DNA of 64,000 nt, from NCBI GenBank assembly GCA_035084275.1, contig CM068742.1, positions 46,190,001-46,254,000 on the forward strand, written 5' to 3'. The notes under the pieces were generated by a model. That model made no database searches, had not been told where the DNA came from, and worked only from the letters and a program-made list of their open reading frames with translations. Source of the stretch: Hydrolagus colliei (lineage: Eukaryota). This document shows, in pieces, positions 35,908-49,200 of this stretch; position 1 is the first letter of the stretch, and every line of letters starts with the position of its first letter. Both the position numbers and the translations under genes were made by a program.

Positions 35908-38900
35908 TGTATTGCAAGAGAGAATCTAAACTAGGTAGCTGGCAACAGTTCTGTATATAGGAGGTAAAAAGAGGTAGTACATGGGTTAGGAGGTACTTCA
36001 TGGAAGGCGAAGCTGAACGATCTGAGGTGTTAGTTAACTTATCTCTCACAATATCAAAACAGAATGAAGACTTCCCTTACAATATTAACTGTGACTTCCT
36101 GCAACTGTTGCTGCCCTGGCCACTTTCTCTCTTGTCAGCAAAAACTGGATTGCTTGATGATCCCTGTCTAATCCGTCTCAGTCATTCTGTGTCTGCTCTT
36201 TGCAACTCCAACCCAGAATAACTGGACCTTACACCCTACCTTCCCACCTGAAGACATCTCTTTGAGAGGGCTTTGGCCAGCTCCCTTCCGCTTTCCAGAG
36301 CTCAGGCTCCCAATCAATGGCAAGAAGCACTTTAGGATTTCCTGATGTGAAAGGTGTATATAAACATAAATTGTTAATTTCCTGTCCAGATGAACTACCA
36401 AGCATTTTGGGACCCTGTCCTGTGTCAGGAGCACAATATAAATGCAAGTTGTTGGCGTTGTTCTTATCGTTGTTATAAAAAAATACATAAGCAGCTGAAA
36501 GGCGAAGGGAGAAATTTAAACAAATACATATGATGTTGAATTCGAGTAACGGGAGAGAAAATAGTTGATTTCAGAGGGCGGAATAAACCGCTATCAATTA
36601 CTCACAGACATTACCTTCATAAGTATAATGGAAAGGTTGTTATGAAATCAAATGATAATAATGCTTACATTCGATTTAGCACCTTATCACATTGTTAACA
36701 TCTTAAAGCACTTCACGGAAAATACTGTAAAGTGAATAGACTTATTCAAACAATAAGCAAAATGATCAGTAATATTTTGCAGCGAAAAAAACATATTCAA
36801 ACGATTGACTTGAATGCACATTGTTTAAGCAATCTTCTGTGATACCAAAAATTAAATCAAGGTAAAAGTAACAGCTTCCAAGAAAGGAGACTTGTAGAGA
36901 ATCTAGGACAGGTAGCTGGCAGCAGCCTAGCTTCAATCAGAAACCTGTCTTCAACTGCAAGTTCAATATACTGCACATGGTGGTAACTGATACCGACACT
37001 AGCCACACAAAAATGTGTCTATAATAAAGTTTGTTTCTTTAGGCCTGAGATCAGGAGATCAGGATAACTATAGTCCCATTTATTTCTGGTGGCGTCACAT
37101 ACTAATGTAACTGTGATCCGTTTTGAATTGAGTTACGTTTGCACTTTTGCAAACAAATAAAAACAATTTGCAAACCAATTTGACCGAACTCCTTTAAATT
37201 GTATTTGCTAATCACTCTTGTTTTGGCACAGCCAAACCTTTAATTGACTGGTCCATCCACCTGTACAGGTGAGACACTGGCTGGTAATGGTAGCATTGTG
37301 GCACAGTGCCTTGGCACTCCAGATAAACCATGCCACAAAGTGACATTTTGCAGCTTCAAGTCTTGTCTTCATCCTCCACCTGGCATCAGTCAGAACTGTT
37401 CATCAGAAGTTTTGAACAGAGTTTAGCTGATTTGTCACCATGGGTCAGAAGGTTGTAAATTCTAATGCCAACATTAGAATCTGAGCACAGAGTCTCGGCT
37501 AACATTTAAATACAGTACAGGGAGTGTTCCATTGTTGGAAGCACCTTTGTTTAATCAAGGCATTAACTGTAGTCCATTCTTCAAGTGAACAGTAAAGATC
37601 CCATGGTGATATTCAAATGCAATACAATTTACATTGATATAGTGCCTTTCGTGTCGGAAGAACATTTTAAAGTGCTTCACACTGCTGACCGGGCACCCAC
37701 GCTATGGTTGGGAGCTGAAGAATGTGGCAGAGGGGGATGATGACGGAAAGTACAGTCAAGGAGGTAAGTCTTGAAGCAGACTTCAAACGTGGGAGGGAGG
37801 AAGCAACTTCAAAATGGGAAAAGCTATTTTTTCCATTACTCTAGCCAATTATCCTCCAGATACATATGTCTGGCTCAGGTTATATCAAATGCAAGGATTA
37901 TTATAATTTACATAAATACTTAATAATAATCCTTCCATTGAAATGGTACCTTTCATACTGACTCAAAGTTCTGTGCAAGATTTACTGCAAACAACAAAAA
38001 CAACTATATTATATTTTCACATCGGGAAGACGTTCCAAGGCAAAGTGCAGTGGCTGTGAGTTTGTTTGTAAGCAAATGCAACAGAGCAATGCTCTGCATA
38101 TGGATTATAGCACAGAGCAAAGTTCCACAAAAAGCCAGGGAGTGAATGAACAATTTACTCAGGGATTGTTAGCCAGGATACTGGGAGAAACTCATTTCTT
38201 TTCTTGAGTTGTTCCATGGGACCTTCACCATTCAACAACAACAACAAAATTACATTTATAGAGCGCCTTTCACGTTGGGAGGACGTCCCAAGGTGCTGGA
38301 CTACAACTGACCGTGTAGACAGAATCACCACGTACTGTAGATAGAACTTCAGTTTAACAACTTAACAGCTCCAAAGAATACTCAATGGAAATGTGATACA
38401 CATTACTATCACTAAATATGAATTTAAAACCCCAAATACTTCCTTGGCTTGATGAGTCTACATAAAAATAAAGTACTGGATCTGGCAAAATGAGGCCCAT
38501 TGAATCCAGTTAAAATGGACTGTTTAATTCGGCTCTGGGCTTCTATGTTTTAAAAATCGATCCGAGTACTGAATCCAACTCGGGCAGCTTTGCACAAATG
38601 TATTGAGCACCAAGATTATATTTTCAGTGAAGACAGTCTTTTATCAATCTCAAATCTATACTTAGAATTGTTTACAGTACTGCAGTGGGAAGCATACAGT
38701 AAAATTACATTTTATAAGTGGCGTTAGTATTAAAAGTGTACCCAAAGAGTAATAGAATAATTCTGCTAAACATGTTACACTAATAAGTTTGCTTACACAC
38801 AAGTGTAAATAGTATGAATTAATAAATACATCTCAGTATTACTTTGGCATCAAGGGAAACCAGGATAATGAATTGCTCTGGTAATTTATGGCTTTTGCTG

Positions 38901-39469
38901 CTGGCTAGGGCCCTTTTGTAAATCTCGAATGTTTTTCTAATAAAGATGTAAAACTAAATAACTGATAAGTTTAACCTCATGATTGTACAACTTTCCGTTG
39001 GCAACAGAAGAAATGATTTATTAGGATAGCTTTATTTTGTCTGCTTAGGGGCTATTTTGCAATAAATAGATTCTGCTCAATCAATATTGCACGAGGAATC
39101 AGGATACTCTGTGGCCTTCGTTATTTCTGTACATGACAACTACAACGACTTGCATTTACTTTGAGCAGCATCTCAAAGCGTTTTTACTGCACTTAATATA
39201 GAGATTTGGAGATGAGTATGGTGACGCAATTTAACCGTAGGGCAATTGCTGCAATGTTTGTGCAGTAGCCCAAGGTAACCTTTTAAGTTCTGTAGCACAA
39301 AAGCACTTCCAGAGTTCATTTTGTTGTTCAACTAGAATGTAACATAATTTAAGCATTTATGTGGTTTCTAATTTGAGACCTGAGCGTGTCAGGGATTAAA
39401 TATATCAACGAACTATCATCAGATTAATTAATGTTTATCAATTAAAGTTTTGCAACATTTGGTTTCAAT

Positions 39470-39880
39470 ACTTTCAAAGCCCTCCATGGCCTCGCCCTAC
39501 CTCTGCGACCTCCTCACCCCCTACCAACCTGCCCACTCCCTCTGCTCAGCAGTCCCCAGACCCACCTGGCCCACCATTGGAGGACGAGGCTTCAGTCATT
39601 CTGCCCCCAAACTCTGGAACTCCATCCCATAATCCCTCTGCCTCGTCCCTCCCTAGCCTCCTTCAAGTCCGACCTCAAGACAACAACAAACTTACACTTG
39701 TATAGCGCCTTGCATGTCAGGCTCATCAGTCTCTCCTCTTGACAGTCTCATCGGTCACCCCAAATCCCCCACTTTCCCTCCACCCTCCCTGACCCCAGTT
39801 TAGGTCTGAAACAATGACTGACCAGAACCTCGGGACGTGAAAGGCGCTATACAAGTGTAATTTTGTTGTTGTTCTTGTTG
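39470..39880 (+). mobile_element. L2 3' fragment containing an inverted copy of its own tail
   Basis: PYLCDLLTPYQP...RGFSHSAPKLWNSIP; reverse-oriented tail at ~39679-39720; forward tail at 39830-39880. Confidence 0.8.
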
Positions 39881-40599
39881 CCACATGAATGCTTATTTCC
39901 ACCAACAGAATCACGTTATTCATAGCACCACTTCAAAAGCTAAACTAGAAGGAAGAAATGGATGCTTAATACATATTTAAATATGTTTCCCTCTTTCTAA
40001 CAACACTGATGATCACTCCACCTCATGGAGCCAGTGTAAAACTTTGGTGTCTTGTGTGATCCTTTACAATCCTTCAAACCTTACATCCAATTACTCAATT
40101 GACACATTTTTGCCATTATGCAATGCTGAGTTTTAGTTAGTGGCCATTATCTTGACATTATTTGTGCTGACCCCTGACTGTTCAGTGCCTTGCAACGTCA
40201 TCCCAACATGAAAGGCGGTCTATAAATGTCGTTGTTGTTGTTGCTCATGCTGACCAATACACTATCTTTGCGAGGATTATTTGCTGGAAACATAATGTTG
40301 CAAGTCACAATAATATAAAATGATTAAATGAACTTCATTTTGTTTTATCACCATCCGGCCCACAATCTACAGTTAATTCACTTCACAGTATATTCTTTGA
40401 AGCGCTTTGAGACGTCTAGACAACTCGAAAAGCACTGTATCAAATGCTAGGATTATTATTATTATTATTATTATCTGAGGCGTTTTCATTTCTGAACACT
40501 GAAAGTGTTTTGCTCACTTCTGTATTGACTCATCTTGACACTTGCTCTGTATCACATAAAATAACACAGATCCACTGAGCAGTCAATTATTATACACCA

Positions 40600-41085
40600 C
40601 ACAGAAGAATCTGTGCTCCATCACTGCTGTCCTGCTGACCTCCTCCACGGTTTTGTGACCTCCTGCCTTGATTGCTCCAATGTCCTCCCCAACCGTCTTC
40701 CCAGCTCTACTATTCACGGAGTCCAACCAACTCAAAGCTCCGCTGCCTATCTCATCTGCACCAAACTCTGCATCCCCATCATTCCAGTCCTTGGCACTTC
40801 ACTCAGTCAGCTCGAGCCTTCTGCAAATCCCTCAATCCCTCTACTCCACCACCTGTGGATGTGCCTTCAGCCACTCTGTCCCGACCTTCAAGAACCTGCT
40901 GCTTCAATCCATACGCCTTGCCCCCTCTTTGTCTGGCCTCAGATTGTACTAACGTCCATTGCATTGATCGATTATGCTTACGGTCACCTCCACTTTCTCC
41001 CTCGGCCATATCAAATGATGCCACTGTGGAGCTCTGTAAGTTGCTACCCTGCATGAAAGGCTTTATATAAATGCCAGTTGTTGTT
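40600..41085 (+). mobile_element. Degenerate L2 ORF2 C-terminal fragment
   Basis: LLHGFVTSCLDCSNVL..LPSSTIHGVQ..QSSAA corresponds to L2 LIHAFITSRLDYCN...LQ..QNAAA. Confidence 0.75.
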
Positions 41086-41759
41086 TTCAATATAACACAG
41101 GCACTCAATACTTAACCGTTATTAAAGCCTATATCAGATATCCATCCCACAGAATAATGCATTCTTGAAATGATCTAGCATGTAAATGCACCAGACTAGC
41201 ACACACAAGACATCTACATTGTCATCTGCTCCATATGAAATTCCTCATATCTGCTGCTCTCTCTCTGCCTCTCTGTCTCTCAGCGCCTTGGGATGTCCTC
41301 CCAACAAAAATAAATGTAATTTTGTTGTTGTTGTTGTTGTCTCTTCCCCAAATAGCTTAAGACATTTCACAGTGTCAGAAAAGAGAGAGTGTGTGTATGA
41401 GAGAGAGAGAGACTTTAAAAAGAGAACTGTTACCCAATGAATGTCTCAGGACAATACTTTGCAAAACAGGAATATACTGTTAGGCATAGACAGTTGGACG
41501 TGATTCAAGTGCTAAAGTCACACATTGAGTAATAATATAAAATCACTGCAACATGACACATTTAGATATACTATATTTGATATTGTCAGGTCTAACTTCT
41601 GGTATGTTCCCACGCTCTGAAAGGAAATTCTTGCTCATGTTATGTTTATTTGCCTTATCTTCACTCTGTCCCTCAAAACTTTTTCCAAACTTCAGAAATG
41701 GAAAGGAGAATTAACGCTTGTGTTCCTGTTGCATAAAACCCCTTGCATTTGATATCATG

Positions 41760-43804
41760 CCCAGCTATGGACTCACTGGGAAATCAGTCCTGCATCCCCA
41801 CCGTGATCCACATATGCCCAGCAGGCTAACCATGTCTCGCCAACACTCTCTATCTGCTCTCAGTCACAGCGTGCACACTTTGTCTGCCACAATCAACCTG
41901 AACTGCTTCCCCCAAATGGTCCCATCTCTGTCCCCAAACCTCCACTACTCCCAAACAACCCTCCTCCCTCTCCGACCGCCCGACTCCTATCCCTGCTTGA
42001 CCGTCTCACAAACCCCCTCTGCTCCTCTCTTCACATTCTCCATCACGCACACCATGGCAGATGCCACGGGCTGTCCGACTGCATCCACCCTGACTGCCCC
42101 ATCCCCCAGTCTCGCCATAAGGTCCATTGGTCGCCACCCCTGGGGGTCAACCTCTCCTCCATCATCCATATCCCCACCCTCCCTGTCAACCCTTCCTCTG
42201 CACCTCATCTCTCACAATCCTCCTCCACAAAGTGCAAAATATCCTTACTCTCTACCACCCCTCCAGTCTCTCCCTCAAAATCCTCCTTCTCTATCATCCC
42301 CCCAAGCCCTTCCCCACCTTCCTCTCAGAGATCTCTACCTTCCAATCTTCCCTCTCCCTCTGATCTAAACGCCTCCTTGTCTTAGGCGATTTCAACCTCC
42401 TCTTCACACCCTTCTGCTCTACCTCTGGTGACTTCTCTTCCCTCCTCACCTCCCATAATCTCTCCCTCCATATCCACTCCGCCACACAAGTCCATGGTCA
42501 TCCCGTTGACCTGGTGCTTCCCAGGGCCTCACTTATTCAGACATCACCGTCACTGACAAAGGCATCTCAGACCACCACTTCATCCCCCTTAACACCTCCA
42601 TATCCCTTCCCCCTACTCAATCCTCTATCACCTACCACCCTTGGAAAAAAATCTCCTCCCTCTCCCTCTCTGCTGCCCTAGAGTGCTCTGAACTCCTGCC
42701 CCTCTGATCCTCATTAGCTGACCTGTCCTCTTCACCCTCTTTTCTCCAAAAATCCCTCCACTTTGTCTCAGTCCTTGGCTCCCTACATTTCAATATCTAC
42801 ATGCTCCCCCTTGGCGACATCATCTGCAGGCATATGGGGTAAACTGTATGTATACGGATGACACCCAACTCTATCTTTCTGCCTCTAACCTCGATTCCAG
42901 GACCACTGCTGTCCTGACTGAATGCCTTTTAGACACCAAGTCCTGGATGAAAGCTAACTTTCTACTGTTGAATGTCAACAAAACCAAGGCCCTCCTGATT
43001 GGCTAACACCAGCACCTTCACACATCAGGTACTGGCAGCATCAACCTCTATGGTTGTGCACTCCACCTCACCAAGCCAGTTGGGTGTCTTCGATCCTCAA
43101 CTGTCTTTCCTCCCCCACATCCAAGCAATGAACCACTCTGCCTTCCCTCACATCTGCAACATTGCTGGTCTACACCATTACCTCACCCCTCAGGTCACTG
43201 AAACCCTCATTCATGCCTTCATCACATCCAGGCTTGACTACACCAATCCTCTACTTGCCATCCTTCCCAATTCCTCCATCCATAGGCTGCAGATCATCCA
43301 GAACTCTGCAGCTTATTTCCTTTACTGTTCCAAGCTCCATGAGCCCATCTCCCTCATTCTCACCTGACTCCATTGTCTCTCCATCACCCAGAGGATTCAA
43401 TTCAAGATCGTGGTCCTCACTTTCGAATCCCTCCATAGCCTCGACCCACTCTATCTTTGTGACCTCCTAACCCCCTACCAACCTGCCTGTTCACTCCACT
43501 CAGTGGGTTCCAGCCTGCTCCATGGCCCCCAACCCACCCGCCCCACCATCGGCAGGCAAGCCTTCAGCCACTCTGCCCTAACCTCTGGAATTCCATCCTG
43601 CAATCCCTCCACCTCGATCCCTCCCTAGCCTCCTTCAAGTCCTGTCTCAAGACCGTCCTCTTCAGTGGTCCCATCAGTCATCCACAAATCCCCTACTTTC
43701 CCTCCATCCTCCCCAATCCCAAACCCAGCTTGGATCTAAAACATTGACTGTCCAGCACCTCCCAACATGACAGGCACTGTACAACTATAATTCTGTTGTT
43801 GTTG
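41760..43804 (+). mobile_element. L2-clade LINE, internally deleted and non-coding
   Basis: APE motif LVLGDFNL (~42376-99); RT motif YTDDTQLY (42851-74); LIHAFITSRLDYTN...LQIIQNSAA; family tail (gtt)n. Most of RT N-terminus missing near 42750; stops and frameshifts. Confidence 0.9.
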
Positions 43805-45218
43805 CCTTATTACATCGTTGGGATGTCTGAATGAAGTGACTGTATATTTATTTGCAGGCAAACAAGGCAGCCCAATTGCACACATAGCAATGTTAACTTA
43901 TCCAGGGATTATTGACCAGGACACAGGAAAATACTCCTTTTCTCTTTTTGATGAGTGCTATGGGATATTTAACATCTACCTGACTAGGCAGTTTAGCATC
44001 TCATATGAAGGACAGTAGTTCCAACAATGCACCACACCCCAGAACTGTATTAGATTGTGAAGACATTGCTCTTCGACTGTACCTACGTTCACCTCTCCTT
44101 TCTCTCTAGCTCAGGCTCAAACTACACATTGTTCAGGCTCTGGGGTGCTACCCCACGTGAAGGGGTAATTACATCTAAATGTACATTTTCATTATAGCTG
44201 GAGTGCTAGCCTAAACTGTGAGCTCATAGTCTCCATTTGAGTCTTGAACCACAATCTTCTGTCTCAGATACAAGAGTGCAACCAACAGAAACAGTCTGAC
44301 AAATTCCATCACTGCAGAAAGCACACAAATATCCTCATGGTAGATGCCTAACAAATAATATACCATATGAAAATCACTCAGAAGCAATAGTGACAGTGAA
44401 AATCAGGCACAAATAATACTCATTGCATAAGAGAGCTCTATTTTCTAGCATAGGTAATTATGTCAGTGTTGCCATGGTTATAGTGTGGATCACAAGCATT
44501 TAGCTCAATACTTTACGACATGCTGCTGAATACAGTAGTGGAACCTGTCTTTTGCCTATTCGGTAACAGATCCTGTTATGTTATACTCCCTCTTCCCCAC
44601 ACAATCACTCCTGCTCTATTCTAATTTTTGCCTTTGCCTTTTGATTTTCTTATTTGACAAAATCTACAATTTTAAGTTTCTAATAACAGAGATTTGTTGA
44701 CATAGTTGCAGATGTGAGAGAGAAGGGAAAGGAGGTTATGTGAGAGGTGATTCGAATGGGCAATAAACCCTGGCACAGGCCAGTTGGGCTGTAAAGCCTG
44801 TTTCTGAGCTGTACTGGTCTAATGTAATATGTTGCCATGTAAGGTATGGTTTCATTTTCTATTTATTGCTGGATGTGGCATTTTTATAGAAGTATCTGAA
44901 TAGTTTGAGACATTTTGATGACACGATAATACACTATATCAAGCTCACAGTTTATTATTATCAAGGTGTACTGCTGATATCACACCTCCCTGCCTTGAAT
45001 GTGGTAGCCAATTAGCAAGTAATGCAAGTAGCAAGGAATGTCTGCAAGACAGGTGATTGTTGGCCAGGATATAGAGAGAAACTCGTGTTTGAATGAAAAT
45101 TGTGTCACGGGATCCTTAAAATCTCAAAACAAGTAGTTGAATCCAGATATACAGCATCCTATTGTGAATGCCCACATACCCACATAGTGTATTTGCCCCA
45201 CATAGCAAAACTGGTTTT

Positions 45219-45516
45219 ATAATAATAATAATGCTTGCATTTGATATAGCACTTTTCACATCTTTGAGATGTCTCGAAGCGCTTCACAGAATATAATGTG
45301 AAGTGAATTGACTGTATATTTGTGAGCAAAACACGGCAGCCAATTGTCTGTCCCAGACCACAAACATTTGTGGATTGAAATGACCAACTTCCTTTGAGGG
45401 ATTATTATCAGGCATTTGGAGTAAGGAAACTTACCCAAGGTTTCACCCTGCCTGGAATTGGACCCAGTTCTCTCGCTTATACGGCACGTATTCTAACCAC
45501 TGAGCTACAAGACTCC
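45219..45516 (-). mobile_element. Full-length tRNA-derived SINE
   Basis: Reverse complement of the 14459 family. Confidence 0.88.
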
Positions 45517-45715
45517 ACAAATATATATATTCTATGTATATTTTATACAATTTGTGACTGAATATTCTGAGCAGCATCATCTTCACATCTGGTCAAGGAG
45601 AATATTCTTTCATATTGCAGAGCATGTGGTACTCCAGATTATTTCACCCTCTGTCACTCTGCCCGATGGGAGTGTCTTGGGGGAAAATTACTGATTGTAA
45701 GCTCTATTTTCCAGT

Positions 45716-45725
45716 CTAAAAATAG
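45716..45725 (+). promoter_or_regulatory. Consensus MEF2 binding site
   Basis: CTAAAAATAG. Motif only; function untested. Confidence 0.35.
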
Positions 45726-45807
45726 TGTTCTGACAGTGCCATTAAAATTGGCTCATTTCCTGTGTTTTGCTTTACCAAATATCTGGTAAACTGAATGTTT
45801 ACCAGAT

Positions 45808-46243
45808 AGCTCATCTCGCCTCTGAGTCAAAAGGTTGTGTGTTCAAGCCTCAAACAGGGACTTGGAATCACAAAGTCTAAAATGACATTCAATGCAGTGC
45901 TGGGGGAGTGCTGCATTGTGAGAGGTGCCATTCTTTGGAGACATTAAACTAAGGTCAGGATAAAGATCCCATTGCATTGTTCAAAAACAGAAGGGAGACT
46001 CTCCCAGTGTCCTGGCCAAGAATGTTCCCAAATAAAATCGGTCATTCAATCCATGCCTCAAGAGGTAATCTAGGAATTAAATGAGTACAGAGCCTTAGCA
46101 ATGTGCACAACTGGATGCCGTGTTTCACCCACAAAATACATAGTGAATTCACTTTACAGTATAACCTCTTTGAGACATCTCAAAGAGGAGCTCTTTGAGA
46201 CTTCTCAATGACATGATAAGATATTACATTAAGTGCAAGGATC
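45808..46243 (+). mobile_element. Deu-domain tRNA-SINE carrying a foreign insert
   Basis: Colinear with 19049-19480 (ggttgtgtgttcaagcc, gggagtgctgcattgtgagaggtgcc, aaagatcccattgca); non-SINE segment ~46052-46095. Confidence 0.75.
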
Positions 46244-49200
46244 TACATCAATGGGTAAAAGTTGAAGCAGTGCTACATAAAGGATAATCCCATTTCATGA
46301 TGATCTGAGCACTTCTTTATAAGATCCCTTTATACCATCTTCCTTTTAATTGGTGACATTCATGTTGGTCTGGAGCCCCCCAAAATGTTGGAAGCATCGT
46401 TGGCGCCTCCCCCAATGTCGATCTTATGAATCATCTTTTCAAAACTCCACCATGTTATTGTCCTGACCCCTGTCATTTTGATCTAGCAAGTCTATGGCAA
46501 TTCATTATCAAGACTCAGTTTCTGTAGTCACACTTTTCAGAGGCTTGTTAAACAAGCCATTCATTTGGCAGACTGCTCTATGATAGTTTCACTCCTGTAT
46601 GAGCTGCAGAAAACCAGTGAGAACGGTTGGCCCTTTTTATGAATACCACAAATAGATGCCGCTGTGCATTCAAGTCATTATTATCAAACCCAAATCTCAA
46701 ATGGCAACTAAAAATCATGAAAGAAGAATTGATGCATATAATCTGATTGGTTTATTTGACAAAATAGATCCTCAAGAGGTAATCTAGGAATTAATCTGGG
46801 CTACATTTTGAGCTACATGGCAATTAATAAGCAAATAGAACATGCAACCTTGATGGAGGTTTTTTTTTCCAAGAGGTTCACAGAGATGCAGATTAAATCT
46901 TAATCAATGTTAACAAGAGCCATTGTTGCAGTTAATGAATTGTTTCACAATGGCAATGAAATATTTTAGAAGGTAACCTCTGTGTTTGCTTCCTGACAGC
47001 AAGGATAACAATAAACACAGCCACAGGTAATAGTAACATGGCAACAATATTTTAATCGACGCCCATGAATGGATTAAATGACGTTTAATTGTGTGAAGGC
47101 CTAAAATTCATCAATGATATATAAGTCACTCAAATTCAGGTATTCTTCACGGCCAAGGCAGCATTGAACCATAGGGTTGCTATAATGTTACATATTGGAT
47201 GTCAAACTATGAAGAAATTTCTTGATTTGTGACAATGCCTTTAAGAGAGTTATACAAATCTAAACTGAAGAATGCAGCTAGGACTCACTAAAATAAATAC
47301 TGTACAAGGACAAATGTAAGTTGCCCTCCTTATTCATGTGCGAACAAAGAGAAAGGAAAAAAGAAGGTGTTTGTTCTGCTGAAGGAACTTCATTCATGAG
47401 TAATTTGTGTAATCGATGCTCAAGGTAATGCCTTCTTCAGCAGCTGCATTATACTAGAACGAAATACAGATTTATAATTAGCTTGAGTAAGCCCAGAATA
47501 ATCTGTAAAGTTTCCGTCTGCTTCTTAATGATAAGATAGAGGTATGAAACCCTTTTGGCACAATCCTCAGTTCATAAGCAATGGTGCTGTTTACAGTACC
47601 ACAACAGATGCTATGTGGAGGACAAGTGAAAGCAATTATAATATCCATATAGATTGAGGATTTTTAAAAATGAGTGCAAAGCCGTGGCAATATGTGCAAA
47701 GGTAACTTGCCAGATACCTATAATGAACAACAATTACGCAGAAAAATTGAACAAAACATATATATATACACAGTATATATACTCCCGTGAATTCAATCCA
47801 TCAGTGGTTTATGAAATCACAATAAATGTATCTAGATGTGTTTGAGAAGAAAGCCTATGGACATTTGTGACAGAATTCATGGCTAGAAGCAAAAACCTAA
47901 TTTTGGAAGATCCTAAGGCAAATATAAACCACCCCTCACTCCCTGGTTTTCTCTTTCAGTGCATGGATTGAAGACAATCTAGTAGTTCAGTATGGCCTTA
48001 TAACTAACAATGACAGATTTGAGGGGCTGAACATAATAATTGCATTTAGATTGCCATTGTTGAAGTTTGATCCATTTTTAATTTTGTTTTAGTAAATGTG
48101 TAGATGCAGCAGTTTGATGTGGGAAGTAATCTTACAATTTCCTTAACAAAAAACACATTTTGTAAGACTGTCAATTTTTTTCAGACATAACACAGTTTTG
48201 GGGCTGGAAAAAGTTGAGAGAATTTGACAACAGGATAGAATACAATCTTCCTTCTCTGCAGGGCTCAAATTCTGGCTCTTGTGTTGACACTGGGAAAGAT
48301 AAAAATATATTTGTTTGAATATTATCTTTATCCCGATGAATGAAGCCAAAATATATATTTGTGTGAAGGCAAAGTACATCATTTATGTGTGATGTTGTGC
48401 TTAGGCTATGAAATGCCTCAGCTGTCTCGTTTGTCTTCAAGAACATTCATTATACTTGACTGACATTTTCCTTCATCTTAGCATCACTTAACAGCATTTG
48501 ATGATGAAATGTCAGCGCTTTGGGACATCCTCCCGATGTGAAAAGCGCTATACAAATGTAATTTTGTTGTTGTTGAATTTCTTGATTTTTCTGTGCCACA
48601 CTTCTCAAATTCTATACTCCTAGTCAGCACTTTGAGACTTCTGATATGAAAGGCTTTATTATCAATATACATTGTTGTTGTTATTAAGTATTATTGGCCT
48701 AACTCCTTCATCTCGATCCTCAATAAATATAAGATGATATTGTAGACTAAACTGAGTACGAGAAATGCCCTTTTATAAATAAATGTTTAGACATGCGTTT
48801 ATTTGGAAATGAATTAATGTCATCATTAAAATCTGTAAGTTTCAGAGGGAAGGAGTAAGATTTGGCATTTATGAAAATTCAAGCTCACTGCTACTTCCAA
48901 GAGAAAAAGAGACCTTGTTGCCATGGTGAACTGGAGTATTTCTCTTACTTCTGGTGTCTGTTAGGCTAACCAAGTGTTTTTTGTCTCTATCACCAATTTT
49001 CTGCTCCAATTGTCCAAGAGTTATACAGGATAATAAAAAATATAGCATTGTATATTCAACCCACAGATCATTCAACCCATCAAGTTTATGTCTATGTTTA
49101 TATTGCACATGACCTCTCCCCTCTTCTACTTCCCTCTTCTACACTCCGTTCCCTCCATTCTCGAAAAATGTTATGCTTTTTTTTAACAACAGCTTCCATT

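Larger units (their letters stand above)
34640..36930 (+). repeat. Old local duplication of a ~450-bp unit
   Basis: 34640-34741 + 35047-35240 + 35917-35948 is colinear with 36482-36925 (aatacataagca.ctgaaaggc, agttgatttcagagg, ctatcaattact, cattgtttaagcaatctt, agagaatcta, aggtagctggca). Confidence 0.8.

Noticed and set aside
41718-42368. 216-aa Ser/Pro-rich ORF
   Set aside because: Off-frame reading of a C-rich decayed L2 endonuclease region.
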